This document shows positions 62,018-64,000 of a DNA stretch of 64,000 nt, piece by piece. Source of the stretch: Eledone cirrhosa. Taxonomy: Eukaryota. Both the position numbers and the translations under genes were made by a program. Each line of letters starts with the position of its first letter. Position 1 is the first letter of the stretch. Under the pieces are notes generated by a model that saw nothing but the letters and a program-made list of their open reading frames with translations, ran no database searches and had not been told where the DNA came from. Location: positions 182,714,001 through 182,778,000 of the forward strand of contig OZ024742.1 of the NCBI GenBank assembly GCA_964016885.1, given 5' to 3'.

Positions 62018-63180
62018 TGGGAGTTTGTGCAGTGGGGTGATAGTGGAGGGTGGTGCTGGGTGATAGCTCGAATTTTTTTTTCCAGTTCTTTTGCCAGATT
62101 CATTATGGCTAAAAAAGCGGAAGAAGTTTCCTGTTTAGAAGACTGTTGGTGACTGTGGTAGTGGTTATTTTTATGTAGGTTATGGTTTTTGTTTTTGCTT
62201 TTATTTTTAATTTTATTTTCATTTATCCGACGGGTCCCCGGGAGATGGGTAAAGGGACAATCCCGGTCTAAACACAATCTGTCTCGCAGGGAAAAACGGC
62301 AGATTTGTGGATTCCTTGTTTGAGTTATTGGTGGTTGTGTTGGTGTTAAATTAGAGTATGTATTATGGTGGTGGCTGTTTGTGGGGATAGATCGTTTTGT
62401 CCTAGGTAAATGGGTGAATTTGCAGCCACTATCCGTACATATTCTATAGCGTAGAGAGTAGCGGCAAATGATGGGGTTTCGAGTGGGTGAGTATGTGGGT
62501 GTGGGTGTTGTTAGAGGTGTAGATGATGGTTTGGGTAGGATTTGACGACCTTTGTGGACTGTGGGAGGGAGAGTTCTTGTTCTGGTATTAGAAGGTAAAT
62601 TCCTTGACATAGCAGTAGACAAAAATGTTGTAGTAGTAGTAGTAGTAGTAGGCAGAGATGTTGGCAGTGGTGATGATTGGACTGCTGGGCCAGAGAAAGG
62701 ATGTGGCGTTTCATGCTGTGAGACAGAGGCTACTGGGGGATCAATAGTTTCATTTAGTAGATCGGCCATTGTTGATGAATCAAGGAGTGGTTCACACTGT
62801 TGTTGTCGTTGTTGTTGTTGTTGCTGTTGTTGATGTTGTTGTTGTAGCTGTTGTTGATGTTGTTGTTGTAGCTGTTGTTGTTGTTGCTGTTGTAGCTGCT
62901 GTTGTTGTTGTTGCTGCTGCTGGACAGCATTCGAAGAGAAAACACACCGTAGTTTATCCAAATGTTTATTGATTAATTTAAAAGCAATTTCGATTTGCTT
63001 TAATTTATTTTGAATCTGTTGTTCAGATCGAGTTTTCAAAAATTGAACTGTACGTTTAGCAATGTCGTTCAGAGATGAAGCATGTATGTCTTCTGTTTGG
63101 GAAAGGCAATGCCATGTGTTTATTAGAATGTCGATTTCATTATCAGACCAGTTCTGTTTGGATTTTTGCTGGTTAGCCAT
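62005..63180 (-). CDS. LINE ORF1: Myb/SANT-like N-terminus, polyQ, two CCCH zinc fingers
   Basis: ATG start; NWSDNEIDILINTW..RSEQQIQNKLK; CRYSLRYRICTDSGCKFTH and CRFSLRDRLCLDRDCPFTH (C-x8-C-x4-C-x3-H). Confidence 0.85.
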   Translation of the reverse strand: MANQQKSKQNWSDNEIDILINTWHCLSQTEDIHASSLNDIAKRTVQFLKTRSEQQIQNKLKQIEIAFKLINKHLDKLRCVFSSNAVQQQQQQQQQLQQQQQQQLQQQHQQQLQQQHQQQQQQQQRQQQCEPLLDSSTMADLLNETIDPPVASVSQHETPHPFSGPAVQSSPLPTSLPTTTTTTTTFLSTAMSRNLPSNTRTRTLPPTVHKGRQILPKPSSTPLTTPTPTYSPTRNPIICRYSLRYRICTDSGCKFTHLPRTKRSIPTNSHHHNTYSNLTPTQPPITQTRNPQICRFSLRDRLCLDRDCPFTHLPGTRRINENKIKNKSKNKNHNLHKNNHYHSHQQSSKQETSSAFLAIMNLAKELEKKIRAITQHHPPLSPHCTNSHCCH

Positions 63181-63672
63181 TCTAGTTTTGAGTGTGTGTC
63201 TGTTTTAGTTAAGTATTTCAATATATATATATTTTTTTTTTTTAATTTATTTTTGATTTATTTTTGTTTTTTGTTTTTCTTGTGTGTGAGTGAGAAGCGT
63301 ATATATATAAATATGAGTATATATATATATATATATGTATATTCTGGTTATTTGAAATTAATTAAGTTAATGAAAAGACGAAAGTATATAATAATAATTT
63401 GTAGTTAAAGGAAAATGTACTCACAAGTTCGTGTGTGTGTGTTTTAGTTAAGTATTTCAATATATATATATTTTTTTTAATTTATTTTTGATTTATTTTT
63501 GTTTTTTGTTTTTCTTGTGTGTGAGTGAGAAGCGTATATATATAAATATGAGTATATATATATATATATATGTGTGTATGTATATATATAATATATATGT
63601 ATATATATATAATATATATAATATAATATATATATATAATATATATATATATAATATATATATATATATAAT

Positions 63673-63730
<58 letters not shown>

Positions 63731-63737
<7 letters not shown>

Positions 63738-63784
63738 ATTTATATTTGTTGAATTACCAACAAATTGAAAATCCCTTTTGCTTA

Positions 63785-63862
<78 letters not shown>

Positions 63863-63937
63863 TATATATATATATAATATATATAAGCAAAAGGGATATT
63901 CAATTTGTTGATAATTCAACAAATATAAATGTTTATA
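63731..63937. repeat. 55-bp inverted repeat with (TA)n spacer
   Basis: 63731-63785 is inverted to 63883-63937 with 2 mismatches. Confidence 0.85.
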
Positions 63938-64000
63938 ACTGATTCAGAGCACTCGAGGAGTTTTCTGGAGTATAATATTCAATGATATTAAATAAATGGA

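Larger units (their letters stand above)
58990..63570 (-). mobile_element. Near full-length CR1-group LINE
   Basis: ORF1 + ORF2, short 3' UTR ending in two copies of TTCAAAGTTA, putative 5' UTR with a duplicated 140-bp block; (TA)n at both ends; 5' boundary uncertain. Confidence 0.9.

Overview
Eukaryotic, AT-rich, repeat-dominated DNA with no convincing host gene. The dense (TA)n/(CA)n arrays and the tRNA-derived SINE families resemble an octopus/coleoid cephalopod genome (inference). Contents: (1) a near full-length CR1-group LINE on the minus strand (about 58990-63570). ORF1 has a Myb/SANT-like N-terminus, polyQ and two CCCH fingers. ORF2 (APE endonuclease + RT) is open, has no upstream AUG and overlaps ORF1 in the -1 frame across a U_UUU_UUA slippery site. 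(2) Four pieces of CRE-type RT/RLE retrotransposons. (3) Decayed Tx1/L1, RTE and CR1 LINE fragments, one RTE with an inverted 5' segment. (4) About a dozen copies of one young tRNA-SINE, several with TSDs, plus a second SINE family. (5) A 3-kb long-TIR element carrying a 21 x 42-bp minisatellite. (6) Several unrelated short elements embedded in (TA)n that share a 'unique tail + fold-back hairpin' layout and carry hammerhead-ribozyme motifs, most likely Penelope-like/retrozyme relics. Most ORFs in the track are microsatellite or antisense artefacts.
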